Positions 13,578 to 26,366 of a DNA stretch of 64,000 nt are shown here, piece by piece (position 1 is the first letter of the stretch; the number at the start of each line of letters is the position of its first letter). The stretch comes from Malacoraja senta (lineage: Eukaryota). Both the position numbers and the translations under genes were made by a program. The notes under the pieces are model-generated. The model saw only the letters and a list, made by a program, of their open reading frames with translations, was not told the origin of the DNA and made no database searches. The stretch lies in contig JAXLNO010000831.1 of assembly GCA_038087875.1 (NCBI GenBank), forward strand, positions 124,001 through 188,000, read 5' to 3'.

Positions 13578-14090
13578 ACAGCAGTGGAGTTACTTCCTTG
13601 CAGTACCTGTGACTCCGGTTTGATCCTGACTAAGGGTGCTGTCTGTACCAACTTTGTATGTTCTCTCTGTGACTGCATGGGTTTTCCCTGGTGCTTTCGT
13701 TTCCTCCCAGTTCCAAAGACCTGCAGGTTTATAGGTTAATTGGCATCTGTAAATTGTCCTATGTGTATAGGATAGAACTGTGTAGGCAGCATGGTGACGC
13801 AAAGGGGTGGCACGGAGTAGCAGCGGTAGAGTTGCTACAGTGGCAGAGACCCAGGTTTGATCTTGACCATGGGTGCTGTATGTATGGATTTTTTACGTTC
13901 TCCCTGTGACCTGTGTGGGTTTTCTCTGGGGCTTCCAGCTTCCTCCCACACTCCAAAGACATGCAGGTTTGCAGGTTAATTGCCCCAGGTGTGTGTAGGA
14001 TAGTGTTAGTGTGGGGGGATCACTGGTCAGCACAGACTCAGTGGGCCTAAGGGCCTGTTTCAAGGCTGTACCTCTAAACCAAACTAATCT
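13578..14090 (+). mobile_element. Two tandem V-SINE copies
   Basis: Heads at about 13578 and 13805. Confidence 0.8.
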
Positions 14091-14964
14091 AAGGAGCTGA
14101 GGCCAACTGAACAGTGATCATTTTATTGAATGGTGGGACAAGTTTGGTGACTATTCTCAGGGGCTGATAGCCTACTACTGTTCTATTTCCTCCTGTTCTT
14201 GATAGTTCCCCTCATGGAGGAAACTAGACCTTGGAGGCCAAGGTTTCAAACTGAGGAGAAAATTGTTTTATTTTTCGCCCAGATGATAACGAATCATGGG
14301 AATTTTCAACTGCAGAGTGTAGATTCATTACGTTACTGAGAAGGATGGATTTGTTTCTTTGGGAAGTTGTTGGTTACTGGCTACAGAGTCTTCTGGTCAT
14401 GAGTAGATCAGTCATGACCTAATTGAGCTGCAGAACAGACTTTACTCATGGCCAACAAGTACTTCATTTTTCTTGTGATCTCTACAATTACCCACTACAA
14501 TCATTGCACTCTTACTTGTTTATGATTGCACTCACGTATGGTGTATTATGACTGGATAGCATGCAAAACATGGTATTTCACCGTATTTTTGTACACATTA
14601 CAATAATAAACTCAACTTTAGGGAGAAGGGAGCAGAATAATGTGGCCTCTATCAGTGGTTGAGTAATATGGACTAAAACATTGGTTTGGACTAATTCTGC
14701 CAGTGGCTTGTGGGCCTATTCCTGCTTCTCCTTTCTTGTGTTCATGTATTTGATGTCTCTTGCTTACTGTGGTCACTGCTGTGAGTTATAACTTCAGTAA
14801 CATAAGCAAATTAGTTCAGCACTATCCGAGCAAAATTAAAAGCATTTTTAAAAATGCAGACTTAAATCTGATGTAGTGAGGGAGAAACACAGACATCTTT
14901 GGGTTGATTGAAATGATTTTGGTTAAGAGCTGAAAATTAAAATGAATAGAAATTAACATTTTGA

Positions 14965-15262
14965 CATTAGACTTCAGAGGTACATCACGGAAGCAGGCCC
15001 TTCGGCCCACCGAGTCCTCGCTAACTCCCCGTACAATAGTACTATACCACGACAGGTGACAATTTACAATTTTACCAAAGCAAATTAACCTAAAAACCTG
15101 TACTTCTTTGAGATGTGGGAGGAAACTGGAGCACCCAGAGAAAAACAATGCAGTCACGCATGGAGATGCAGGGAGAATGTACAAACACCGTACAGACAGC
15201 ACCGTTAGTCAGAATCGACCCGAGTCTCTGCTGCTATAGGCAGCAACTCTACCGTTGCAACA
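14965..15262 (-). mobile_element. V-SINE (HE1-like)
   Basis: Family match; a partial copy also lies at about 15640-15890. Confidence 0.75.
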
Positions 15263-16670
15263 CTGAGGATATCTTGAATTACAAAAGCAATATTTTGGGC
15301 TCATCACCAACCATACCAGCACCTGCATTCTTTATATGGTACATTGATATGGAGTTTATTGCATTGAAACAGGCCCACAAGCCTGCCCTGTTGTTCAATA
15401 CAATCCCTCAGTCATTCCTGATCTGGTTTGATTAGGATGCAAATAAAAGCTTTTCACTATATCACAATACAAGTGACAATAATAAACCAATACCAATGCT
15501 ATTGTGTAAGTTCTCCCCATATCGGATATAGATCCTTGATAAATTTGTAGACACCATCGCCGTCTATATCCACCACCATTTGCTCCACAGTTTCAATGTC
15601 CAAACTAGCTTCCAATATAACTGTTTTACAGAATTCCATTTTGAGTTGAAAGATACAACATGGAAACAGGCCCTTCAGCCCACCATGCTGACCACCAGTC
15701 ACCCCTTCATACTAGTTCAATGTTATCCCACTTTTTTGTCCAATCCCCACACACTAGGGGAAATTTACAGATGTCAATTAACTGACAAACCCACACACCT
15801 GTGGAATGTGGGAGAAAACCAGAGCACCCGGGAAGAACCCAGATGGTCACAGGAAGAAGGAACAAAATCTATACAGTAGCTAGACAAAAATGCTGGAGAA
15901 ACCCAGGGGGTGAGGCAGCATCTATGGAGCGAAGGAATAGTTTTGGGTCAAGACCCTTCTTGGAGGGTTTCGACCAGAAACATCGCCTATTCCTTTGCTC
16001 CATAGATGCTGCCTCACCCGCTGAGTTTCTCCAGCATTTTTGTCTACCTTCGATTTTTCCAGCATCTGCAGTTCTTTCTTAAAGAAAATCTACACAGACA
16101 ATACCAGAGGTCAGGATCTAACGCTGGTCTCTGGTGCTGTGAGGCAGCAGCTCTACCTGCTGTGTACAGTGTTTGGTTTCCTCCTTTTTGTTCTGCATTG
16201 TAATGATTCAAGTCAGGATAGGCATTGGATTTATGGGTCTCCTGAATCATAACATAAGGAGCAGTTAGCAGCATAAGAATGGAGCGTTATCTGAAACATA
16301 ATTACAGTTCCAGGCAACTATGCCCTGCCTTTCCATTCCATTTGCTATAGAGTGCGATAAAACCAAAGTGCTGGAGTAACTCAGCAGGTCGGGCAACATC
16401 TCTGGAGGACATTGACAGGCGCTGTTTCAGATTGGGACCCTACTTCAGACTGACAATAGTCACCTATCCTTTTTCTCCAAAGATGCTGCTCGACCCGTTG
16501 AGTTACTCCAGCGCTTTGTGTCTATCGTCACCTATCTATGCCCTCCGGAGTTGCGACCTGACCTGTTGAGTTACACCAGCACTTTGTGTCTTTTGTTGTT
16601 GTAAATCAGCATCAGCACCTCCTCGTGTCTCCATTACAGTCAATTGTTTCCTGCTGGTTCAATGACATCG

Positions 16671-16713
16671 CTCGACAACTGGTGACGACCCGTGGTATTT
16701 TTATTCTGATTAC
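16671..16713 (+). promoter_or_regulatory. X1-X2-Y-like MHC promoter module with degenerate Y box
   Basis: CTCGACAACTGGTGACG...CTGATTAC, about 55-95 nt upstream of the first ATG. CAAC-to-CTGATT spacing is 30 nt versus 29 in the HLA-DRA X/Y module as recalled from memory. TGACG (CRE-like X2) at 16683-16687. Confidence 0.45.
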
Positions 16714-16766
16714 ATGATAAGATCCTGCTTTGATGTTGGTGAAGTTTGGCTCAGTTGCTGCTGTTG

Positions 16767-16839
16767 ATGCGTGAGGTTGTGCGTGAAATGATGCTGTTCA
16801 TCTTGTTGAGTTTCTTCCGCGTACAAGGGGCTGAAGCAG
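16767..16839 (+). CDS. MHC class I leader (signal peptide) exon: MREVVREMMLFILLSFFRVQGAEA + first base of Gly1; alternative ATGs at 16788 and 16791
   Basis: Charged n-region, hydrophobic core LFILLSFF and an A-E-A cleavage motif. Ends in phase 1 at CAG|GCAAGT (GC donor). Lies in a CpG-rich non-repeat patch. Splicing to 46122 gives G-P-H-T-L, matching the class I GSHSL start. Confidence 0.75.
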
Positions 16840-17130
16840 GCAAGTTAATGATTCTCATTGTATTCGCTACTGGCTAAAAGCGTCTTGGCTTTATCTCAAT
16901 CTTGACCGGAGGCGACTGAGTTTAAACAAGCGCGCAATACACATTCAGTCTGGTTCATGGTTCACGTTAAAAGGGTTTAATCTCCACTGTTTCAGTACAA
17001 TCCAGACTGGAATTTCTGCATTGATTTGCACAATGCCCCGTTTCCTCTGTGGAAGAAGGAACTACAGATATTGCTTTAAACTGATTTTTAACTCGTGTAA
17101 AACAAACAGGAGCGAGGCATTCACTAGGGT

Positions 17131-18030
17131 TTCCTCGCTGCTCCGCTCTTGCTCTCCCTTCCCCCCACATTCATAACAAGGACAGAGTCCCCCTTGTCCT
17201 CACCTTCCACCCCATCAGCCGTCGCACAGCATATGATCCTCCATCATTTTTGCCACCTCCAACAGGATCCCAATACTGGCCACATCTTCCCATCTCCACC
17301 TCTTTCTGCTTTCCGTGGAGACTGTTCCCTCCGAAATTCCCTGGTCAACTCGTCCTTTTCCACCCAAACCACCCCCTCCCCAGGTACTTTCCCCTGCAAC
17401 AGCAGGAGATGCAACACGTGTCCCTTTCCCTCTCCCCTCAACTCCATCCAAGGACCCAAACAGTCTTTCCAGGTGAGGCAGAGGTTCACTTGCACCTCCT
17501 CCAACCTCATCTACTGCATCCGCAGTTGCAGGTGTCAACGTATCTACATCAGTGAGGCCAAACACAGGCTCGGCAATCATTTCACTGAACTACTCCGCTC
17601 TGTCCATCTTAACCTACCTGATCTCCTGGTTGCTCAGCACTTCAACTTCCCCTCCCATTCACAATCTGACCTTTCTGTCCTGGGCCTCCTCCATGGTCAG
17701 AGTGAGGCCCAGTGCAAATTGGAGGAACAGCACCTCATATTTTGCTTGGGTAGTTTACACCCCAGCGGTATGAACATTGACTTCTCTAACTTTAAATATC
17801 CCTTGCGTTCCCTCTCTATCCCCCCCCCTTCCCAGTTCTCCCACCAGTCTTAATGTCTTCAACTACATTCCATCTTTGTCCCGTCAACTCCCCTGACATC
17901 AGTCTGAAGAAGGGTCTCGACCCGATAGGTCGCCCATTCCTTCTCTCCAGAGATGCTGCCTGCCTGCTGAGTTACTCCAGCATTTTGTGTCTACCTTTGA
18001 GTTAAACCAGCATCTGCAGTTCTTTCTTAC
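17131..18030 (+). mobile_element. Penelope-like element 3' fragment (GIY-YIG) with terminal repeat
   Basis: FTCTSSNLIYCIRSCRCQRIYISEAKHRL...LHPSGMNIDFSNFK, followed by the hammerhead-bearing repeat at 17901-18030. Confidence 0.9.
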
Positions 18031-18164
18031 ACAAAGTGCATTGTTTGACAGGTTCATGTTTATGGCCAAATGTGGGAAGAGAGTGAGGCACTAGTACAAT
18101 GCGAAATCAATAAAAGATTAGCACACACTGTGGATTTGTTATTGACTGAGTGACAACTCTTAGC

Positions 18165-19125
18165 TCCAAACGTGCGGTCGTCACGTTTACATGGTTTATT
18201 AATGATTTGGATAAGGGGATTGAATGTTTTGTGGCCACGTTTGCAGATGATGCTAAAATAGGTGGAGGGGCAGGCAGTGTAGAGGATGCAAGGACTTTGC
18301 AGAAGGACTTGTTCGGGTTAGGAGAGTGGGCAGAGAAGTGGCAGATGAAATTCAGTATAGCAAAGTGTGGGAGACATGCATTTGGTAATAAGAATAAAGG
18401 CGTAGATTATTTTACAAATGGAGGGAGAATCCAGAAATCGGAGGCACACAGTGACATGGGAGTGTTGGTGCAGGACTCCCAAAAAGGTTAATTTGCAAAT
18501 TGAATCGGTAGTCAGGAAGGTGATTTATATCAAGAGGACTGGAATACAAAAACAGAAATGTCATTCTGAGGCTTCAAAAGCGCTGGTCAGGCCACGTTTG
18601 GAGTACAGTGTACAAATTTGGGCCCCCTATCTGAGGAAGGATGTGCTGGCTCTGGTTCAGAGGAGGTTTACAAGAATAATTCCATGAATGAGTGGGTTAG
18701 CATGTGATGATAGTTTGTCAGGACTGTGCCTCTACTCGCTGGAGGTAAGAAGGTTGAGGGGGGAACCTCATTGAAACTGACAGAATAATGAAAGGCAAAG
18801 ATAGAGTGGATGTGGAAAGGATGTTTCCACTGGTTGGTGAATCTAGGACCAGAGGTCATAGCCTCAGAATTAAAGGGTGCTCTTTTAGAAAGGAGGTGAG
18901 GAGGAATTTCTTTAGTCAGAGGGTAGTTAATCTGTGGAACACATTGCCACAGAGGGCTGTGAAGGCCAAGTTGGTGGATATTTTTAAGGCAGACATCGGC
19001 AATTTTTTGATTAGAACGGGTTATCATGGAGAGAAGGCAGGAAAATGGGATTAGGAGGCACAGATCAGCCATAATGGAATGGTGGAGTAGACTCGATGGG
19101 CCGAATGGCCTAATTCTACTCCTGT
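18165..19125 (+). mobile_element. CR1 LINE 3' fragment, followed by a local re-duplication (about 19140-19385 copies about 18315-18560)
   Basis: TFADDAKIGG, RPRLEYSVQIWAPYLRKD, ESRTRGHSLRIKG; the duplicate shares the same internal deletion. Confidence 0.85.
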
Positions 19126-21572
19126 AACGTGAACGTGTACAGGTTAGGAGAGTGGGCAGAGAATTGGCAGATGAAATCCAGTATAGCAAAGTGTGGAGAC
19201 ATGCATTTTGGTAATAAGAATAAAGGCGTAGATTATTTTACAAATGGAGAGAGAATTCAGAAATCGGAGGCACACAGTGACGGGAGTGGTGGTGCAGGAC
19301 TCTCAAAAGGTTAATTTGCAAATTGAATCGGTAGTCAGGAAGGTGATTTATATCAAGAGGACTGGAATACAAAAACAGAAAATGCTGCCCGATTTGTAAG
19401 AGTGTCAAAGGTCACAGGGAGATGACAGGGGAACGGCACTGAGAGGTAACGATAGGTCAGCCATGATTAAATTGTGGAGTAAACTCGATGGGCTGAACAA
19501 CCAAATTCTGCACCTTTGACTTATGAAGTGAGTCAAAGTTCAGAACATGAGGGATGGTCTTTTTATTTCTCCCCAGACTGGTGTGTCTGGAACCAACATT
19601 CACAGTTTAAAAATAAGGGTTCAGACATTCTTATGGCACCAAAACAATGGTGACACTTGTGTATTGCCTAGGTTAGGTCTGCTATATGATTTTACCGAGT
19701 TGTATACGGAACGAAGCATTTCACTGTACCTAGTTGTATGTGACAATAAAATATCATTGAATCATTGAATTCAGTGCAGTAATTAGATGAAATTAGTTTT
19801 AATTAGTCTTTCAAATTCTCTGTCCAAGAAGGCTGTGGGCATTCAGTCAATCAGATGCTTGAGGCAGGGATAGGAATATGCTTGGATACAAAAGGAATCC
19901 GGAATTCGGAAAAATGGTGGTCTGCTAGAGGATCGGTTATGATCTTATAGAATATCAGAGATTGGGAACAAAGGATGAATGGCAACATTTTGCTTATGTT
20001 AGGTTTGATCCCACTCCACAAGAGAGTCCAGAAGGAAAGAGAGTATAGAGTGTTCAATTGTCATATGTGCTGACTACAAAACAATGACATTCATGTAGCA
20101 GACCTGTAAGACAATACAAATAGATAACATACTAAAAATCCAGTTAATTGATAATCCCAATACATGTGCAAATACACCGCAAATGCTTAGTTTAACCAAA
20201 GACAGTCCATAGGTCCACAGGGTCCGACTCGACACATTACCTATCCATTCTCACCAGCGATGCTGCCTGATCTGCTGAGTTACTCCAACACTTTGTCTTT
20301 ATTTTGTTCATTAATCATAGCTGAGTATAGTGTCGTTCAGGGTTCAATATATGGGAAGATTTTAATGATCACATTCCAGCACGCATCTCCAGAGCCAAAC
20401 AAAACAATGACATTCTCCTTTGATGGTAATAATCTAATTTGGTGAATAGAATAGAATAGAATAGAAACTTTATTTGCCACACGACCAGGGTTGGTGGTAA
20501 TTGGGTTTGGTACATGATGGTACACTGCTTTAGCACATTAACACTAATAACAACACAGATCATAATAATAAAGCACATCACAAATCACAAATCTCACCAA
20601 CAATACATAGTGCAAAAGAACAGACAAAAACCATAGACAAGACACTGTATACATCAAAGTCAAAAAGTTATTGGAGGGAATTAAGTGTTCTTATTGCTGA
20701 GGGGAAGAAACTATTTTTAAAACGGGTGGATTTTGTAGCAAGTGACCTAAGGCGCCTCCCTGAAGGGAGAGACTGGAAAAGGTGGTTTGCTGGATGGGAG
20801 GGGTCCGAGATGATCTTTGTTGCCCGTTTTGAGGTACGTTGGAGGTAAATGGAATGGATTGAGGGGAGGGGAGAGTTGATGATCCTAGAGGCCTTGGAGA
20901 CAATGCGCAGTATTCTGTGTAGTGAATGACTGTCAGTGTTTCCGTACCAGACTGTGGTTGAGGAGGTGATGATGCTTTCAATGATGGATTGATAGAAGCG
21001 TACCAGGAGGTGTTTGTGGACTCTGAACTTCTTGAGCTGTCTGAGGAAGTATAGGCGTTGTTGTCCTTTCTTAATGATGTGGTCAGCATTGATGTGCCAT
21101 TTTAGATTATTGCAGATATAGGTGCCCAGAAACTTAAATAAGTTCGTGGAGGTTATGGGATGGGAGTTGACATGGACCGGGGGTTTGAGGTTTTGTTTGC
21201 GTCTGAAATCTATGATGGTTTCTAAGGTTTTTGAGGTGTTAAGCTGGAGGTTGTTGTCTGCGCACCATTTGACTGCGCTGTCCACTGTTTGATGGTATTG
21301 TGATTCGTTGTTGTCTGAGATGAGGCCAATTATTGTTGTGTCGTCTGCATATTTGAAAATTTTAACTGAGCTGCATTGGGATGTGAGGTTGTTGGTGTAA
21401 AGTGAGAAGAGCTGAGGTGACAGAACGCACCCTTGAGGGGCTCCTGTATTGATAGTCTGGAGAGTTGGAGAGTTTTTCACGCACCATGACTCTTTGTTGT
21501 CTGTTTGTCAGAAAATGTAAAATCCAATGGCACATGGCTAGGTGAATGCCCATGTCCAACAGTTTATTGTAG

Positions 21573-24500
21573 ATTTTACTTCGGAGTCACGTGAGTGAAT
21601 ACGTGAAGAAGCCCGTCAGTGCGCCTGCGCGTCATTACGTCAGACGCCTTGACGCAAACGGACGTGAGGAGCAGTGCTCCTCGAGTGGTTTGTAGTTTTT
21701 CAACTACAAGGTAAGTAAAAACTTTTTTACAGGTTTTCCAGGTCCGTTTACTGTGGGTCTATGGCGATTTTTTCCACAGACGCCATGGGAAAAAACGGAC
21801 AGGGGGAAGAGGCGAGCGACATAGCCGACAGAAGTCGGGAAAGTCGGGAGTCCGCGGTTAGAGACCAACCGCCTCTAAACCCCGGTACAGTCGCCAGCGG
21901 TGAGCATAGCGACTGTGGACCTGGGGCTGGTGAAAACACAGTCAGTGCCTGTCGGGCAAAAGACAAAGTTTAAATCCCAACGGAGGGAGTCCCAGGCAAT
22001 GAAGAAGCTCCAGGGCTAGATACTGCTTTAGAGCGTATTGCCCAAATAGAAAGCCTTTTACACAGGCTGTTGGAGCAACGTTCACTCAGTGAGGAGTGTT
22101 CTGAAAGCCAAGCTGCTAGAAACAGCTCAAACAGCTCCTGGTACAGGGCTAGATACTGCTTTCGAGCGTATTGCCCAAATAAAAGCCTTTTTCATAGGTT
22201 GTTGGAGCAAAAGTTCACTCAGGAAGGAGTGTACTGTAATCCAAGCTGCAGGAGCAGCTTAACAGCACCTGGCTCAGGGCTGATGGAATGCACCCTCAGG
22301 AATGAGGAGCGTGCTACGGGTCATGAGATTTCAGACCCCGACTCTGACGGTGAGGCTGTACAAGGCGATGAAAGGCAGCTGCCAGATGTTCCAACCCTGG
22401 TAGTAGGATTCGCTGCCCCGTCAGCGTCAGGAGAGCAATTAGGAAGAACTGGCCTCCTTAATAAATTACTTGGTTTACCATTAGCTGGAACAGCATGAAA
22501 TGGATGAGACTGCAAGAGTATCTGGAATCAGTTGCAGAGAATATTAAAGCTGCTGGGTTCTGGAATAACTGCTTTTACCAGAATAGCAGGTAACAACCAA
22601 AAGATGACGAAGTTGCATCAGCAAGCACTGGGGTTGCTATGCAGCACCCACTTCGAGAAGTGCTATACGGTCTACTATGAATCCGAAATTCGCAGCACTC
22701 TGCAAACCAAGTAATATACAAATTACCCAACTTACTCTTTGGAGAGATCTCGGGAGACGTATTAAAGAGTTGGAAGATGAAGCGAAAACAGGATTGATGA
22801 AGACATCAATGGTTGTGAAGTCTGTAAAGAGGAAGTATCCTTTCAGACGTCATACGGATCCTGGACCAAGTCGCTCATCAACGCAGGGACGTAGTTGGCG
22901 GCCTGCAGCGGGAGCAAGAACCAGTGGGCGTGCTTCCGGGAGAACCCAGGAATCTCAGGGTACTGAAATGACTCAAGAGGTAGGTGGACCTGGTTCTCAT
23001 GGGAACATACTAACTGGATTAAGTCCAAAAGTTGGAGGCAGGTTACATTTCTTCTATAATAATTGGAAGAAAATTATTTCAGATGTGGTAATCCTGAATA
23101 ATATACAAGGATTTCGAATTGAATTCAATCCAAATTATGATTTGCCTGTTCAGCATGTTCCTAGCCGAACTCTGCACTTTGTACAAAAAGAAGTGATGGA
23201 GGTTCAGGTTGCAATTGAAACCCTATATATAAAAAAAAAGGGGTTATTGAAAAATCAGTCTATCAAAGTCACCAATTTGTGTCAAAAATATTCCCTCGAT
23301 CAAAAAAGGATGGAGGATGTAGGATTCTTGTAGATTTGATAAATCTGAATCCTTTTGTGCAATTTAGACATTTTAAAATGGAAACATTTGTGACTGCCAA
23401 ACAGCTTATTTCAGAAGCATGTTATATGGCAACTATAGACTTGAAAGATGCATATTATTCAGTGTCTGTTCATTCACAAGATAGGAAGTATCTTAAATTT
23501 AAATGGATGAACCAGTTGTGGCAGTTCAAAGCTCTGCCTAATGGGTTAATATCTGCACTCAGAATATTCACAAAAATTGTTAAAACCAATTCTGGGCTTG
23601 CTGAGTAGCCAGGGGCTTGTACTAATGGCATATTTGGATGATGTCTTGATTATAGGAAAGACAAAACAGTCAACAGAAGTATCTGTTGCAGTTGTGAAAT
23701 CAACTTTTGAAAAGTTGGGGTTTCTAATTCATCCACAGAAATCTAGGTTAACACCATGTACCTCTATTAATTATTTGGGGTTCACAATTGATTCAGTCCA
23801 AATGAATATCACTTTGCCCAGGGAAAAGGGTGGATTTGATTAAAGATTGCAGTAATCTCCTAAACGAGCAAAAACCTTCAATTAGACAGGTGGCTCGTGT
23901 ACTGGGAAAATTAGTAACAGCATTCCCAGCAGTCCAATTTGGACCATTACATTATCAACAGCTGCAGAGACTTAAAGAACAGGCACCGAGAATGCATGTT
24001 GGTCATTTTGATAGAACCATGCAACTAACAACAAATGCTGTTTCTGGTCTGCAGTGGTGGATTCTACATGTCTCAAGCAGTTCCAGCAAAGTGCTGATTG
24101 AACAACCTTCCATGATATTACAAACTGATGCCAGTGCACCAGGATGGGGTGCAACTGACTTAACGTCTAGCTGAGGAGGCAGATGGAATCAGGAAGAGTC
24201 ATTGTTACTGCAGACATGGGGAATTAACTATTTGGAGCTTCTAGGATGTTTCTATGGGCTCCAAGCTTATTGTTCTAACACAACTAATAAGCATGTTCAA
24301 GTTCAAATTGATAACACAACAGTAGTTGTTTATATTAATGATATGGAATTAAGTCGGTGTCTTGTGACAACATGGTTAATCAACTTTGGGCTTGGTGTAT
24401 TGAAAAGAACATTTGGATTTTAGCTATCTATCTACCAGGTAGAATGAACGATAGCAGACACCAAGTCACGAAAAGTTCCATGATAATAAAGAATGGATGT

Positions 24501-26366
24501 TGAATCAAGAGGTATTGAATGATATAGTCATCAGATTTGGAATGACCGACATCGACTTGAATCATCAGCTATCGAGATATGTCTCATGGAAACCAGATCC
24601 AGGAGCAGTGGCGATTGATGCTTTCTCGCTACATTGGGGTGGTATGTTTTCATATATATTTCCACCTTTCTGCCTCATAAGCCAATGTTTGCTTAAAATC
24701 AGGCAAGATGCTGCTTCAAGGGTATTGGTAGTACCAGATTGGCCTACACAGCCATGGTATCCGTTGATATTAGAATTAACAACACAAATGTTGATGAAGT
24801 CCCAAAAAAGAGTAATTTATTGCTGCTCCCTGTACAGGGGAACAATATCCATTATATGATCGTTTGGATTTGTTGATTTGCAGGTTTTAAGAATGCCTTT
24901 TTTGGGACGAGGACTGTCTGAGCATACTGTGGACATGCTTACGGCAGCCTGGAGGAAGAGCACTCAAAAACAGTACCTTTCTTATATTAAGAAATGGGAA
25001 AAGTTCTGGGTACAAAAGAATGTGCAATAAAGTACTGCAGATATTTCAAATGTTTAGAATTTCTGTCAAAACTTTATTATGATGAAGGTCTGAGTTGTAG
25101 TGTAATTAATTCAGCCAGAAGTGCATTGTCCTCATATTTGGTTCTGGATTCAGAAAGAAACTCAATTGGGTCACACCCAATTGTTTCCAGACTAATGAAA
25201 GGAATCTTTAATTCCAAACCACCGAAACCTAGGTACGTGACAATCTGGGATGTAAGTGTGGTACTGAAACTACTTTGTGATGGTTATCAAGTGTGTCTTT
25301 ACCTTTGGTCAAGCTCAGTATGAAAGTATTCATGTTTATGGCATGAGTGACAGCACAACGAGTGCAAACACTTGGAAAATTACAAATAGATAGTATGGAA
25401 GTAACTGAAGACAAGGTTACATTCTATATCTATGACCTAATAAAGCAAATTAGGCCAGGTGTGACAGGATTTAAAATTATGCTGGCAGCATATCCAAATG
25501 ACCCATGTCTTTGTATTAAGACATATTTATTACAATACATTGAGGTCACAAAGAATTTGAGAATACGGAAACTGGGTTTTTGATCACACACAAGAAACCA
25601 CACAAGAGAGTTTCAATACAGACTATTTCCAGATGGATTAAAGAAGTCTTAACAGCTGCTGGTATTAACACTTATGTTTTTACGTCTCACTCGACTAGGG
25701 CAGCAGAAATGTCGGCGGCCAGGGCAAAAGACGGCCCCGTCGACCATATCCTCGCAGCCGCCGGGTGGTCCAATGAGTTGATGTTTCAACATTTTTACCA
25801 TCGGCCTATTGTTAATGCGGGGTTGTTTGCAGAAACTATTTTAAGTTCTGTGTAAATTCCTCTGGTTTAAAGGGGATCTGATTCATTTCATTCTTGAAAT
25901 GAATTACTGCATTTGTGGTACAAATGTTATTATGAATGCATGATTGATTATTCTCGTTCCGAGTCAATCTATGCAGTGAGAAGCCGGGATTGATCCACGG
26001 CATGAAATCACAAAGCTTTAAAATCTTCACGTAGTCACTCACGTGACTCCGAAGTAAAATAGTAAGATTAAACGAGAACTTACCTAAGTTTGAAGTTTGA
26101 TCTTTATTTTATGAGGAGTTACGTAGGTGATTACGTGCCCGCCACGACCCTACCCTCTATCATAAAGGTCAGATGGAAGTTCTTGTATTACTCGTTTTAG
26201 TATGAGACTATATTACTTCGGTTCTTGTTTTTTGTGATTTCACACCGCTGCTTTGAAGATTGACGCGCAGGCGCACTGACGGGCTTCTTCACGTAATCAC
26301 CTACGTAACTCCTCATAAAATAAAGATCAAACTTCAAACTTAGGTAAGTTCTCGTTTAATCTTACT
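21573..26366 (+). mobile_element. DIRS1-type tyrosine-recombinase retrotransposon, structurally complete, ORFs degenerate
   Basis: Inverted terminal repeats (21599-21634 vs 26261-26295). Internal complementary region 26025-26137 is complementary to both termini. Gag-like region about 21760-22800; RT with YLDD (about 23630); RNase H-like (ILQTDASAPGWGA); MT-like segment (DAFSLHW...FPPF...PDWPTQPWYP); tyrosine recombinase (HSTRAA...AGWS...FYHRP, 25580-25855). Confidence 0.95.
26025..26137 (+). repeat. DIRS internal complementary region (ICR); circle-junction template at 26060|26061
   Basis: 26061-26137 is the exact reverse complement of 26290-26366 (77/77). The left part complements 21573-21607 with 1 mismatch. 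Confidence 0.95.

Noticed and set aside
24497-24859. Adenine methyltransferase-like ORF as a novel gene
   Set aside because: This MT-like domain is a known component of DIRS1 elements, and it is disrupted here.
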